DNA from: an uncultured Collinsella sp.
GTDB lineage: Bacteria; Actinomycetota; Coriobacteriia; Coriobacteriales; Coriobacteriaceae
Length of the DNA stretch: 64,000 nt
Direction of reading: 5' to 3'
NCBI GenBank assembly: GCA_900541135.1
Contig: UQIG01000007.1
Span: forward strand, 12,616-76,615
Shown here in pieces: positions 43,821 to 53,400 of this stretch. Each line of letters begins with the position of its first letter. Within the stretch, counting starts at the first letter, position 1. Position numbers and translations under genes: made by a program. The notes beneath the pieces are model-generated. The model made no database searches, was not told where the DNA came from, and worked only from the letters and a program-made list of their open reading frames with translations.

Positions 43821-44180
43821 ATGGCGGTATTGTTTGTTGAATATCCCAAGTGCTCGACCTGTAAGAAGGCCAAGGCATGGCTGGACGAACATGGGGTAGA
43901 GTATATCGATCGCGATATCGTTTTGGACAATCCCACGGCTGATGAGCTTGCGACCTGGATTGCTCGTTCGGGGCTGCCGGTGCGGCGCTTCTTTAATTCG
44001 TCGGGCATGAAATATCGAGAGCTGGGCCTGAAGGCGCGTCTGGATGCGGGCATGACGGATCGGGAATGCTACGAGCTGCTGGCGACCGACGGCATGCTGG
44101 TCAAGCGTCCGCTGCTGGTGGGCGACGACTTTGCGATTCCTGGGTTTAAGGAAGCGACCTGGACCGAGGTGCTGCTGTAG
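43821..44180 (+). CDS. ArsC/Spx family protein
   Basis: YPKCSTCKKA, FFNSSG..YR, MLVKRP. Confidence 0.92.
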   Translation: MAVLFVEYPKCSTCKKAKAWLDEHGVEYIDRDIVLDNPTADELATWIARSGLPVRRFFNSSGMKYRELGLKARLDAGMTDRECYELLATDGMLVKRPLLVGDDFAIPGFKEATWTEVLL

Positions 44181-44186
44181 TGGTTG

Positions 44187-44358
44187 CGGAAAGTGCGTCC
44201 CGTTTTGAGCTCGGATTCCGGGACGCAGTTTCCGGTTGAAGGGGCTAGCGGAAATCGTATCCCAGTTTGAGCGCGAAATCTGGGATACGGTTTCCGTTTG
44301 GGGCCTCTAGGGGAAAGCGCGTCCCGTTCTGGACGTAAATTCCGGGATGAGCTTTCCG
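44187..44358. repeat. Tandem palindrome array, 3 units, 62-bp period (family C)
   Basis: Units start at 44187, 44249 and 44311: SGGAAA..G.RTCCCR-N16-YGGGAY...TTTCCG. Confidence 0.85.
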
Positions 44359-44400
44359 GTTGGCGGGCATGCGCACTATCCCGGCTGGCGGGCATATGCG

Positions 44401-44811
44401 CTAATCCTCAAGCCGCGCCCATTCGTGCGGATCGTAGACCTTTACGTGCTTGTTGGGCTTGCCGCTCCAGTACTCCTCGTCCATAAAGGGCAGATATGCC
44501 TGAACGCCGGGGCAGATAAAGGGAATCCGCTGCTGTTGCAGTCGCTCGCGCTGGCGCTGCTCCAGGTGCGCCTCGGATATGACGGTCGGCATACCGGACA
44601 ACTCGACGAGGCTTGCCTGGATTCGCTTAAGGTCGGGGAGTCCCGCGTGCCATGACATCCGCATGATCAAAAAGGATGCACGGCGGTATTTTGCCTGCAT
44701 CACCGTGATGGCGGGGCGCAGTGTGGGATGGATTTTGTCCCGTTCGGGCCAAAGGTCAGCAGTGATCTCGAGGCCTAGGGTCTCCCATAGGTAATCAAGC
44801 TCTTCGTCCAT
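44401..44811 (-). CDS. Hypothetical protein resembling the N-terminal part of AbiEi-like/MarR-annotated regulators
   Basis: RERLQQQRIPFICPGVQAYLPF motif; family assignment from recall only. Confidence 0.55.
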   Translation of the reverse strand: MDEELDYLWETLGLEITADLWPERDKIHPTLRPAITVMQAKYRRASFLIMRMSWHAGLPDLKRIQASLVELSGMPTVISEAHLEQRQRERLQQQRIPFICPGVQAYLPFMDEEYWSGKPNKHVKVYDPHEWARLED

Positions 44812-45003
44812 GGCGCCTCGATATCCGTGCAATGATGACGGTTCGATTGTGCCATCAGCCGTGAGTGCTGCATTGTTGTAATCTACCAGCGGTAGATGTG
44901 GGATGTTTTACGGGCTTTGACGCCGTAGGTGTCGCTGGTGCTTCACAGGTCCTTCACGTGTTGGCCGTATTTGACTGAATTTCAAAAAAGTCAAAATTGG
45001 GGC

Positions 45004-45032
45004 TTGCGTCATGGCGAGACTTCCCGTATATT
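45004..45032 (+). promoter_or_regulatory. Sigma70-type promoter of the tRNA pair
   Basis: TTGCGT-N17-TATATT. Confidence 0.6.
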
Positions 45033-45076
45033 TCTTTCTTGCGCAAAGGCACAGCCGAGCGCAGCGATGCAGTCAT

Positions 45077-45150
45077 TGGGATGTCGTCTAATGGCAGGAC
45101 AGCGGATTCTGGTTCCGTCAATGGGGGTTCGACTCCCTCCATCCCAGCCA
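45077..45150 (+). tRNA. tRNA-Gln(CTG)
   Basis: TGGGATG/CATCCCA acceptor stem, anticodon loop TT-CTG-GT, GGTTCGACT, encoded CCA. Confidence 0.95.
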
Positions 45151-45167
45151 TTGCATTTGCTACATAT

Positions 45168-45241
45168 GGCCCGTTCGTCTAGCGGTTTAGGACGCCGCCC
45201 TCTCAAGGCGGAGATCACCAGTTCGAATCTGGTACGGGCTA
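45168..45241 (+). tRNA. tRNA-Glu(CTC)
   Basis: GGCCCGT/ACGGGCT acceptor stem, CCGCC-CTCTCAA-GGCGG, GTTCGAAT; CCA not fully encoded. Confidence 0.95.
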
Positions 45242-45339
45242 CCCACAAATGAATGCCCGGGCCTCGTAAGAGACCCGGGTTTTGTGTATCGACCGTATAT
45301 GCGGCGCCTGCCGTGTTTCGCTCAGATCGAGGAGTAGCC

Positions 45340-46257
45340 ATGGATCTGCCCATCAGCTTGCAAGACATCACGTATGCCGAGAACTATCTGGCGCAGGGCG
45401 ACCTGGCTACGGCGACACCGCTGCTGGAGCGCCTGGTGGAGCTCGCCGAGGAGTATATCGACGCCGAGTGCAAGACGGAGGAGAAGCGCCAATACTTTAG
45501 CTTCGATAGCAAGTTTGAGCGCTTGGCCTATCGCCGCGTGGAGAAGGATCCGCGCGAGCTCGTGCAGGTCGAGGTGCCGTTTGACCGCCTGTACTCTGAC
45601 ATGGCGTTTGCCTACATTCGCCAGCAGGATTATGTGAGCGCTCGTAATGCCCTGATGCAGGCCGTGCGTTGGGACCCCATGAACTGCAACTATCGCTTGG
45701 ACTTGGCCGAGCTGTTCCGCGCACTCGAGGACAAGCAAGAATGGGCATCGCTCTCGTTCTCGGTGCTGGAGCGTGCAAGCGATGGCAAGTGCGCCGCCCG
45801 CGCCTATTCCAACCTGGGCCAGTACTTCTTGGAGCCCGAGACCGAGAATGTCTCGGCCGCCGTGGGTTGCGCGCGTCTGGCACTGCGCTTAGCGCCCAAC
45901 GATGCACACACGACGCGCCTGCTCAACAAGATTCATACCACCTATCCGGATGCCGCCGAGGAGAGCGACGAGCACGTGATGGGTGAACTGGCCCTGCAAG
46001 GCGTGCCGACCTCGCCTTCGGCCGAGATTGCCATCTGCCTGATTATGTGCGCGACAGATGCTGCAAGCGACGGCGACAAGCAGGAGGCCACGCGCCTGAC
46101 GGTGCGTGCTCGCGACTTGGTGGGCGAGGAGGCCTGCGCGGCGATTATCAAACTGGTGCGCGAGAGCGACGCTGAGCTCAATGCTGAGCGCAAGGCAAAG
46201 CGCCACGCCGCGGGCTCAAACGCCGATGGAGCCAAGGAGGCCGGCGATGCCCAGTAA
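45340..46257 (+). CDS. TPR-like repeat protein
   Basis: Helical repeats, e.g. ARNALMQAVRWDPMN, AYSNLGQYF, ALRLAPND. Confidence 0.75.
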   Translation: MDLPISLQDITYAENYLAQGDLATATPLLERLVELAEEYIDAECKTEEKRQYFSFDSKFERLAYRRVEKDPRELVQVEVPFDRLYSDMAFAYIRQQDYVSARNALMQAVRWDPMNCNYRLDLAELFRALEDKQEWASLSFSVLERASDGKCAARAYSNLGQYFLEPETENVSAAVGCARLALRLAPNDAHTTRLLNKIHTTYPDAAEESDEHVMGELALQGVPTSPSAEIAICLIMCATDAASDGDKQEATRLTVRARDLVGEEACAAIIKLVRESDAELNAERKAKRHAAGSNADGAKEAGDAQ

Positions 46258-46717
46258 GCGCGAGCGTAAGCTCATCTCCAAGAATCGCTCGGCACACCAC
46301 GAGTATTTTATCGATGAGACCTTTGAGTGCGGCATTGAGCTGAGCGGTACCGAGGTCAAGTCGATTCGCGAGCGCGCGTGCCAGATCACCGACACCTTTG
46401 CACTGATTCGTGGCGGCGAGTGCTGGCTCGTGGGCCTGCATATTCACCCTTATAGCCATGGTGGCGTGTGGAATCGCGACCCTGATCGCCGCCGTCGTCT
46501 GCTGTTGCACCGCAAGGAGATTGACTTTCTCGACGGTAAGCTACGTAATCGCGGCTATGCACTGGTGCCGCTGGAACTCTACTTTAATACTGACGGCCGC
46601 GTAAAGCTGCTGCTGGGCCTAGGCCGCGGCAAAAAGCTTTACGACAAGCGCGAGGATATGGCCAAGCGCGATGTCCAGCGCGAGATTGACCGCGCCCTCA
46701 AGGAGCGTAACCGCTAG
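46247..46717 (+). CDS. smpB: SsrA-binding protein
   Basis: NRSAHHEY, GIELSGTEVKSIR, LLLHRKEI, GKKLYDKR. Confidence 0.97.
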   Translation: MPSKRERKLISKNRSAHHEYFIDETFECGIELSGTEVKSIRERACQITDTFALIRGGECWLVGLHIHPYSHGGVWNRDPDRRRRLLLHRKEIDFLDGKLRNRGYALVPLELYFNTDGRVKLLLGLGRGKKLYDKREDMAKRDVQREIDRALKERNR

Positions 46718-46730
46718 ACGCTCTGTACAA

Positions 46731-46795
46731 GTTGCGGTGGAATAGTTCCTGTTTGAGGCCAAATACCCGACAAGCAGGAACTATTTCACCGCAAC
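46731..46795. repeat. 65-bp palindromic repeat (family B)
   Basis: GTTGCGGTGGAATA-N37-TATTTCACCGCAAC. Confidence 0.9.
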
Positions 46796-46926
46796 TTGGT
46801 GGAGGGACTTGGCTGACCTGCAATCTTGGCACATATGTGTATGGGGCGGCGTCCGTTATGGGCGCCGCCTTTTTTGTGGGTACATACATCCATAAGGTAC
46901 CAACCCGGGTTAGGGGAGTGATCGTT

Positions 46927-47430
46927 ATGGACAAAACTGCGTTCTTTACCATGCCGAGTGGTCTGTACGTGGTGAGCGCTGCGGCAGACGGGCTGCGCGC
47001 CGGCTGCGTCATCAATACGGCGGTGCAGGTGACGTCCATGCCGCCGCGCATTTCGGTTGCTGTGAACAAGGACAACGTCACCTCGGGCGTCATCGCATCG
47101 GCCAAAGCGTTTGCACTGACTGTAATCGACCAGACGGCCGATATGCCCTACATCGGCAACTTTGGGTTCCGCACCAGCAGCGATTATGACAAGTTTGCCA
47201 AATACGAGACCCGCGAGACGGCACTGGGCATGCCCTATGTGCCCGAGCACGCGGCGGCCCTGTTTAGCTGCCGTTTGATCGACACTGTGGATGTGGGCAC
47301 GCATCTGCTGTTTATCGGCGAGGTCGAGGATGCCGAGCGCCTGAGCGACGAGACACCGCTCACCTACGACTACTACCACAAGGTTCTGAAGGGCAAGACG
47401 CCTCCGAAGGCCTCGTCCTATCAAGGCTAG
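46927..47430 (+). CDS. Flavin reductase family protein
   Basis: GLYVVS, GCVINT, DVGTHLLFIGEV, LTYDYYH..KG.TP. Confidence 0.9.
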   Translation: MDKTAFFTMPSGLYVVSAAADGLRAGCVINTAVQVTSMPPRISVAVNKDNVTSGVIASAKAFALTVIDQTADMPYIGNFGFRTSSDYDKFAKYETRETALGMPYVPEHAAALFSCRLIDTVDVGTHLLFIGEVEDAERLSDETPLTYDYYHKVLKGKTPPKASSYQG

Positions 47431-47519
47431 AATTGTTGTAAAATCACTTGCATTATTTTATTGAGAACATATACTAATAAGCGAAGTACATCACCAGTCG
47501 CGTTCGAGAGGAGAACATC

Positions 47520-47663
47520 ATGGCTGAGGAGAAGAAGACGTATAAGTTTGTGTGCGTCGTTTGCGGTTACGAGGTTGAGGTCGATACGCCCGAGCTGCCC
47601 GAGGATTATGTGTGCCCGGTGTGCGGCGTCGGTCCCGATCAGTTTGAGCTCGTCGAGGAGTAG
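47520..47663 (+). CDS. Rubredoxin-like protein, 47 aa (absent from ORF track)
   Basis: [58 protein letters not shown]. Confidence 0.92.
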   Translation: MAEEKKTYKFVCVVCGYEVEVDTPELPEDYVCPVCGVGPDQFELVEE

Positions 47664-47807
47664 CTCGCAGGCACACGGCGAAAGCCGAACATAGCTCTGT
47701 CCAAGGGCTCCGGTCGGTCATCCCGGCCGGGGCCCTTTTCCTCCGTCCCCAAGGGATCACGGCTGCTGTTAGCCGATCCTGTCCGTCGTGAGTCCGGCCG
47801 ACCGTTT

Positions 47808-47944
47808 GTCTCAATCTGTAACATCTAGCAGTGGAAACGGGGTCTACGTGTTACAGATTGAGACAAACGGAGCTGTCCCTCGGAAAGATCTCAATCTGTA
47901 ACAGATAAACATCAAAAGCGGGTCTAGATGTTACAGATCGAGAC
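47808..47944. repeat. 80-bp-period palindrome array (family A), 2 units, orphan
   Basis: RTCTCAATCTGTAAC-N27-GTTACAGATYGAGAC at 47808 and 47888. Confidence 0.92.
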
Positions 47945-47971
47945 GTTTGCCTGGGTGGGCGCCCCGTCCCA

Positions 47972-49228
47972 TCACATCCCCGTTAGCAGCACGATGTCGA
48001 GAGCCGTCACGATGGCACCGATCCCTACGAGCAACGCGTTGAGCGGGCGCGAGTTGGCGTATTTGCCCATGACACGGCGTGAACTGGTGAGTCGTATGAG
48101 CACAAAGACCGTAATCGGCAGCTGAAGCGACAGCAGCGCCTGACTCCAGATGAGACCTTCAAGAGGATTCGGGACGACTAGGCACGCCGCCACTGCGCCT
48201 ACGAAGCAGGCCGCAACGCCGATCGATGAGTGTCGGTCGTGGATGTCGTATTCCTCGTCGAACATGCCCGCGGTGATGGTTCCCGCCGCCATGCCCGCTG
48301 TCACGCTGCTCGATAGTCCCGCGAACAGCAGCGCTACCGCAAAGATGGTCGAGCTCGCCGGGCCTAAGATGGGGGAGAGCGTGGCCGCTGCGACGGCGAG
48401 GTCGTCTACGACCATACCGTGCGCAAAGAAGGTCGTTGCGGCCAGGATGACCATGGCCGAGTTGATTGCCCAGCCCACGCCCATCGAAAAGAGCGTGTCG
48501 AAGAGCTCGTAGCGCAGGCGTTCTTCGATAACTTGCTCGCCTTGGCCTTCGAAGTGCATGGATTGGATGACCTCAGAGTGCAGGAAGAGGTTGTGGGGCA
48601 TAACGACCGCGCCTAGGACACTTACGATAATCGCGGCCGAGCCGGTGGGCATACTGGGTGTGATCCAGCTTGCGGCGGCCTGCGGCCAGTCGACCTTGAC
48701 CAGCGCAAGCTCGGCCAAAAACGAGAGTCCTACCACGCCTACGAAGGCGATGATCCATCGCTCGGCGCGCTTGTAGGAGTTCGTCATGAGCATCGCCATC
48801 GATACTGCCGCCACGATGGCGCAGCCCGCACGCACGGGCAGCCCAAAGAGCATTTGAAGGGCAATCGCACCACCCAGGACCTCGGCCATGGCGGTGGCGA
48901 TCGTGGCTAGATATGCGCTGCCGAGTATCGCACGCCCGACGAGGCGGGGGAGGTAACGTGTCGTGGCCTCGGCAAGACAGGCGCCCGTGGCGATGCCCAG
49001 GTGCGCCGCGTTGTGCTGCAGCACAATGAGCATAATCGTGGACAGCGTGACGATCCACAGCAGCGTGTAGCCAAACTGCGAGCCCGCTGCCATATTGGAG
49101 GCCCAGTTGCCCGGGTCGATAAAGCCGACGGTTACGAGCAGCCCGGGGCCGATGTGCCGCGCAATGTCTAGGCCTCCGTGACCACCGGTGCGTCGGGAGC
49201 CAAAGTGTTGTTTGAGATGGTTGAGCAT
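47972..49228 (-). CDS. mntH: Nramp family divalent metal (Mn2+) transporter
   Basis: GPGLLVTVGFIDPGN, GAVVMPHNLFLHS, SQALLSLQLP. Confidence 0.9.
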   Translation of the reverse strand: MLNHLKQHFGSRRTGGHGGLDIARHIGPGLLVTVGFIDPGNWASNMAAGSQFGYTLLWIVTLSTIMLIVLQHNAAHLGIATGACLAEATTRYLPRLVGRAILGSAYLATIATAMAEVLGGAIALQMLFGLPVRAGCAIVAAVSMAMLMTNSYKRAERWIIAFVGVVGLSFLAELALVKVDWPQAAASWITPSMPTGSAAIIVSVLGAVVMPHNLFLHSEVIQSMHFEGQGEQVIEERLRYELFDTLFSMGVGWAINSAMVILAATTFFAHGMVVDDLAVAAATLSPILGPASSTIFAVALLFAGLSSSVTAGMAAGTITAGMFDEEYDIHDRHSSIGVAACFVGAVAACLVVPNPLEGLIWSQALLSLQLPITVFVLIRLTSSRRVMGKYANSRPLNALLVGIGAIVTALDIVLLTGM

Positions 49229-49303
49229 GGTGCGCTCCTGCGTATGGGCGGCGTGACGTCGCATCTGGGCCGTGCGGCGCCACGCGTCGGATTTGGGTTG
49301 GGG

Positions 49304-50077
49304 CTACTTGTGCGCTTTGCCCTGATTGGCCACGGCGTCAATCTTGGCGGCGATGGTCACTGGGTCGCCGATGTAGCGCTTGTCGAGGACGTTGAAATCG
49401 GTGTCGAAGGTGTAGACAAGCGGCACGCCGGTGGGGATGTTGACCTTGAGGATCTCCTCGGGCGTGAGGTGCTCGAGCTTCATGACGAGTGAGCGCAGGG
49501 AGTTGCCGTGTGCGGCGATGAGCACGCGCTTGCCGGCGAGCATCTGGGGGCGAATCTCGTCTTCGAAATAAGGCCAGGCGCGGGCTATCGTGTCCTTGAG
49601 GCATTCGGTATAGGGCAGCTGGTCGGGTGCGACATCACGGTATTGCTCCTGTGTGTGAGGGTCGCGACCGTCGCCCGGCTCGAGCGCCGGCGGGCAGACA
49701 TCGAAGGAACGGCGCCAGATGAGCACCTGCTCGTCGCCGTGCTCCGCCGCGGCATCGGCCTTGTTGAGACCCTGCAGCGCGCCGTAGTGGCGCTCGTTGA
49801 GCTTCCAGGATTTGATGACGGGCAGCCATTCGTGGTCCATCTGGCCGAGCACGATGTTGAGGGTGTGGATCGCGCGCTTGAGGCGCGAGGTGTAGCAGAT
49901 GTCAAAGTCGAAGCCCGCTTCCTTGAGGGCGCGGCCGCCTGCCGCCGCCTCTTCGCGGCCCGTGTCGGTGAGCTCGACATCGGTCCAGCCGGTGAACAGG
50001 TTGAGCTTGTTCCACTCGGATTCTCCGTGACGGATAAGGACGAGTTGCATCGTCTGCCGGTCTGCCTGGTTTGCCAT
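49304..50077 (-). CDS. gpmA: 2,3-bisphosphoglycerate-dependent phosphoglycerate mutase
   Basis: RHGESEWN, LNERHYGALQG, AHGNSLR. Confidence 0.96.
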   Translation of the reverse strand: MANQADRQTMQLVLIRHGESEWNKLNLFTGWTDVELTDTGREEAAAGGRALKEAGFDFDICYTSRLKRAIHTLNIVLGQMDHEWLPVIKSWKLNERHYGALQGLNKADAAAEHGDEQVLIWRRSFDVCPPALEPGDGRDPHTQEQYRDVAPDQLPYTECLKDTIARAWPYFEDEIRPQMLAGKRVLIAAHGNSLRSLVMKLEHLTPEEILKVNIPTGVPLVYTFDTDFNVLDKRYIGDPVTIAAKIDAVANQGKAHK

Positions 50078-50420
50078 AGGGGCCTCCTTAATGTGGCACG
50101 GGACGCGTGCCGTTTGTTTGACGCCGCAAAGGATACCCGTTTTAGGCTAAAAAGTTAACCACGACTAACAAAATATTGGTCCAGCGGGGATGGGTTGGTG
50201 CATTGGGGACATGCTGTTCTGCTCCAAAAGGTGTACGTCAGCCTCCAAAGATGTCGTTTTTTGACATGTTTGGAGGCTGATGTACGCGTTTGATGGCAAG
50301 ACGTAGATGTCCCGCGCGCGTTACGCGATTGTTTCGAAACGGGCGGGAAACACAACGGGCCGGCGATGCTCCTAGTATGCCTGTTCAACTGACTGTCTAA
50401 ATATCTAGGAGAGGATCGCG

Positions 50421-53400
50421 ATGCAGGCAGATTCCGCTCAGCAGCAGGGCCTTTGTCGCCCCGAATTCGACCACGATGCATGTGGCATCGGCGCGCTTGC
50501 CGATATCAACGGTGAGCGCCATCACCAGATTCTGGACGATGCACTGTCCATTCTGGTCAACTTGGAGCACCGCGGCGGCACGGGACTCGAGAAGAACACC
50601 GGCGACGGCGCTGGCATCCTGTTCCAGGTTCCGCATCACTTTTTCCGTAAAGAGGCCCAAAAGTGCGGCCAGATTCTGCCGGCGGAGGGCGACTATGGCG
50701 TGGCCATGCTGTTCTTCCCGCAGGATGACAAGGGCGTAGAGGATGCCCGTCGCGTGTTTGAGGAGGGCTGCGCCGAGGCCGGCGTGCCGCTGCTCTTTTG
50801 GCGCGAGGTGCCCGTCGACCCGCACGACCTGGGCGAGACGGCCCGCGCCTGCATGCCTACCATCCTGCAGGCCTTCCTGGGCCGTCCGGACGACACGCCC
50901 GCCGGAGATGCCTTTGAGCGTCGCCTGTACGTGTGCCGCCGCACCATCGAAAAGAAGGCTGACGCCGAGTTTGCCCTGCGTGACAAGATCTTCTACGTGT
51001 GCTCTATGAGCTCGCGCACTATCGTGTACAAGGGCATGCTGGTCGCCACGCAGATGCGCCGCTTCTTCATCGACCTCAACGACGCGGCCGTTAAGACGGC
51101 CGTGGCGCTCGTCCATTCGCGCTACTCCACCAACACCACGCCCAGCTGGGAGCGCGCGCACCCCAACCGCTTTATCATCCACAACGGCGAGATCAACACC
51201 CTCAAGGGCAACGTCAACTGGATCCGCGCCCGCGAGCCCAACCTGTACAGCCCCGTGCTGCAGCACGATCTTGAGCGCGTGATGCCCATCATCAACCGCG
51301 AGGGTTCCGACTCCGCGATTCTGGACAATGTGCTTGAGTTCCTGGTCATGAACGGTCGTCCGCTCACGCGTGCCGCGTCCATGTTGCTGCCCGAGCCGTG
51401 GGACCACAACGACAGCCTGAGTGAGGAGCGCCGCGCCTACGACGCTTACCAGTCCATGCTCATGGAGCCGTGGGATGGCCCGGCGGCCATCGCCTTTACC
51501 GACGGGCGCACCCTGGGCGCCGCCCTCGACCGTAACGGCCTGCGTCCCGCCCGCTACTATGTGACGCGCGACGGTCGCTTTATGCTGGCAAGCGAGGTGG
51601 GCACCATCGAGGTGAGCCCCGAGAACATCCTGACGAGCGGCTGTCTGGGACCGGGTCAGATGCTCGAGGTCGACTTTGCCCGCGGGCGTGTCATCTACAA
51701 CGAAGAGCTGCGCGCCCGTTACGCCAAGGAAAAGCCCTACCGTGATTGGATTGCCGAGGAGACGCTGACCGTCGACGCGCTCGATAGGCCTGCCACGGCG
51801 ACGCCGGTCGAGGACGCCGAGGTGCCCGCCGCCGTGCGTATGGCTAAGCTCGGGTATCACTGGGATGACGTCGATGAGGTCGTGCGTCCCATGGCCCAGC
51901 AGGGCAAGGCCCCGCTCGCCTCGATGGGCATCGATGCGCCGCTGGCCTGCCTGTCCAAGAAGACACGATCCTTCTACGATTATTTCTATCAGCTGTTCGC
52001 CCAGGTCACGAATCCGCCGATCGATGCCCTGCGCGAGCACATGGTCACCTCGACCACGCTCTATCTGGGCAACCACGGCAACCTGCTCGAGGACTCCCGC
52101 ACGGCCTGCCAGCTGGTTCGCTTGGAGCGCCCGTTGCTCAACGAGGAGGAGTTCGAGCGTATCTGCGCCATCGACCGCGTGGGCTTTAAGACCTGCCGTT
52201 TCCGTGCCGTGTACCGCCGCGATGCCGGCGAGGGCGCGCTGCAGGCTACGCTCAAGCAGCTTGCAGAGGACGTTGAGGCTGCGGTCCGCGACGGCGTGAA
52301 CATCGTGGTGTTGAGCGATCGTGCCGCTGCGGGTGAGGTGCCCGTGCCGTCGCTGCTCGCCGTGGGCTGCGTGCACAACCACCTGATCCGCGCCGGCGTG
52401 CGTACCTTTGCCGACATCGTGGTGGAGTGCGGCGACGCCGTGTCCCCGCACGACTTTGCAGCACTGGTGGGCTACTCCGCGAGCGGCATCTATCCGTACA
52501 ACGCACACGCGTGCATCCGCGATCTGGCGGCGCGCGGCGACCTGGACGTGACGGCCGAGCAGGGCATCGCCAACTACAACAAGGCTGCGACCGCCGGCAT
52601 CGTCTCCATCATGTCCAAGATGGGCATCTCTACGGTGCAGAGCTACCATTCGGCGCAGATCTTCGAGGCCGTGGGCTTTACGCCGGAGTTCGTCAACGCG
52701 TACTTCGCCGGCACGGTGAGCCGTGTGGGCGGTATGGGTGTCGAGGACGTCGAGCGTGAGCAAAACGAGCGCTACGACGCTGCGCTCGCTATCCTTAAGA
52801 GCCCAGCTCCCGATCAGCTGCCCACGCTGGGCCTGACCAAGTGGCGCCCGCTCGGCGGCGAGGATCACCTGATCGATCCGCAGACTGTCTACTTGCTGCA
52901 GACCGCCTGCCATGAGGACAGCTACGACGCCTTTAAGGAGTACAGCGCCCGCCTGCACCGCACCGGCCGTGCCGTGCGCCTGCGCGACTTGCTGGACTTT
53001 GATGCCAGCGGCCGCACCCCGGTGGCACTCGACGAGGTCGAGCCCGCGCTCAACATCGTCCGCCGCTTTAACACCGGCGCCATGTCGTACGGCTCCATCA
53101 GCAAGGAAGCACACGAGTGCATGGCCATCGCCATGAACCGCCTGCACGGCCGTTCCAACTCCGGCGAGGGCGGCGAGGATCCGCGTCGCGAGACCCCGCT
53201 GGCCAACGGTGACTCCAAGAACTCCGCCATCAAGCAGGTGGCAAGCGCGCGCTTTGGCGTGACGAGCCGCTACCTGTGCAGCGCCTTCGAGATTCAGATC
53301 AAGATGGCCCAGGGCGCCAAGCCCGGCGAGGGTGGCCACCTGCCCGGCAAGAAGGTCTACCCCTGGATCGCCGAGGTCCGTCAGTCCACGCCCGGCATCG

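Noticed and set aside
46718..46926. tmRNA next to smpB
   Set aside because: No GGGGC...CCACCA tRNA-like ends; the interval holds a family-B repeat and a terminator-like hairpin.
47452..47480. Fur/PerR box upstream of rubredoxin
   Set aside because: AT-rich with only a half-site resemblance (TTGAGAA); too weak to call.
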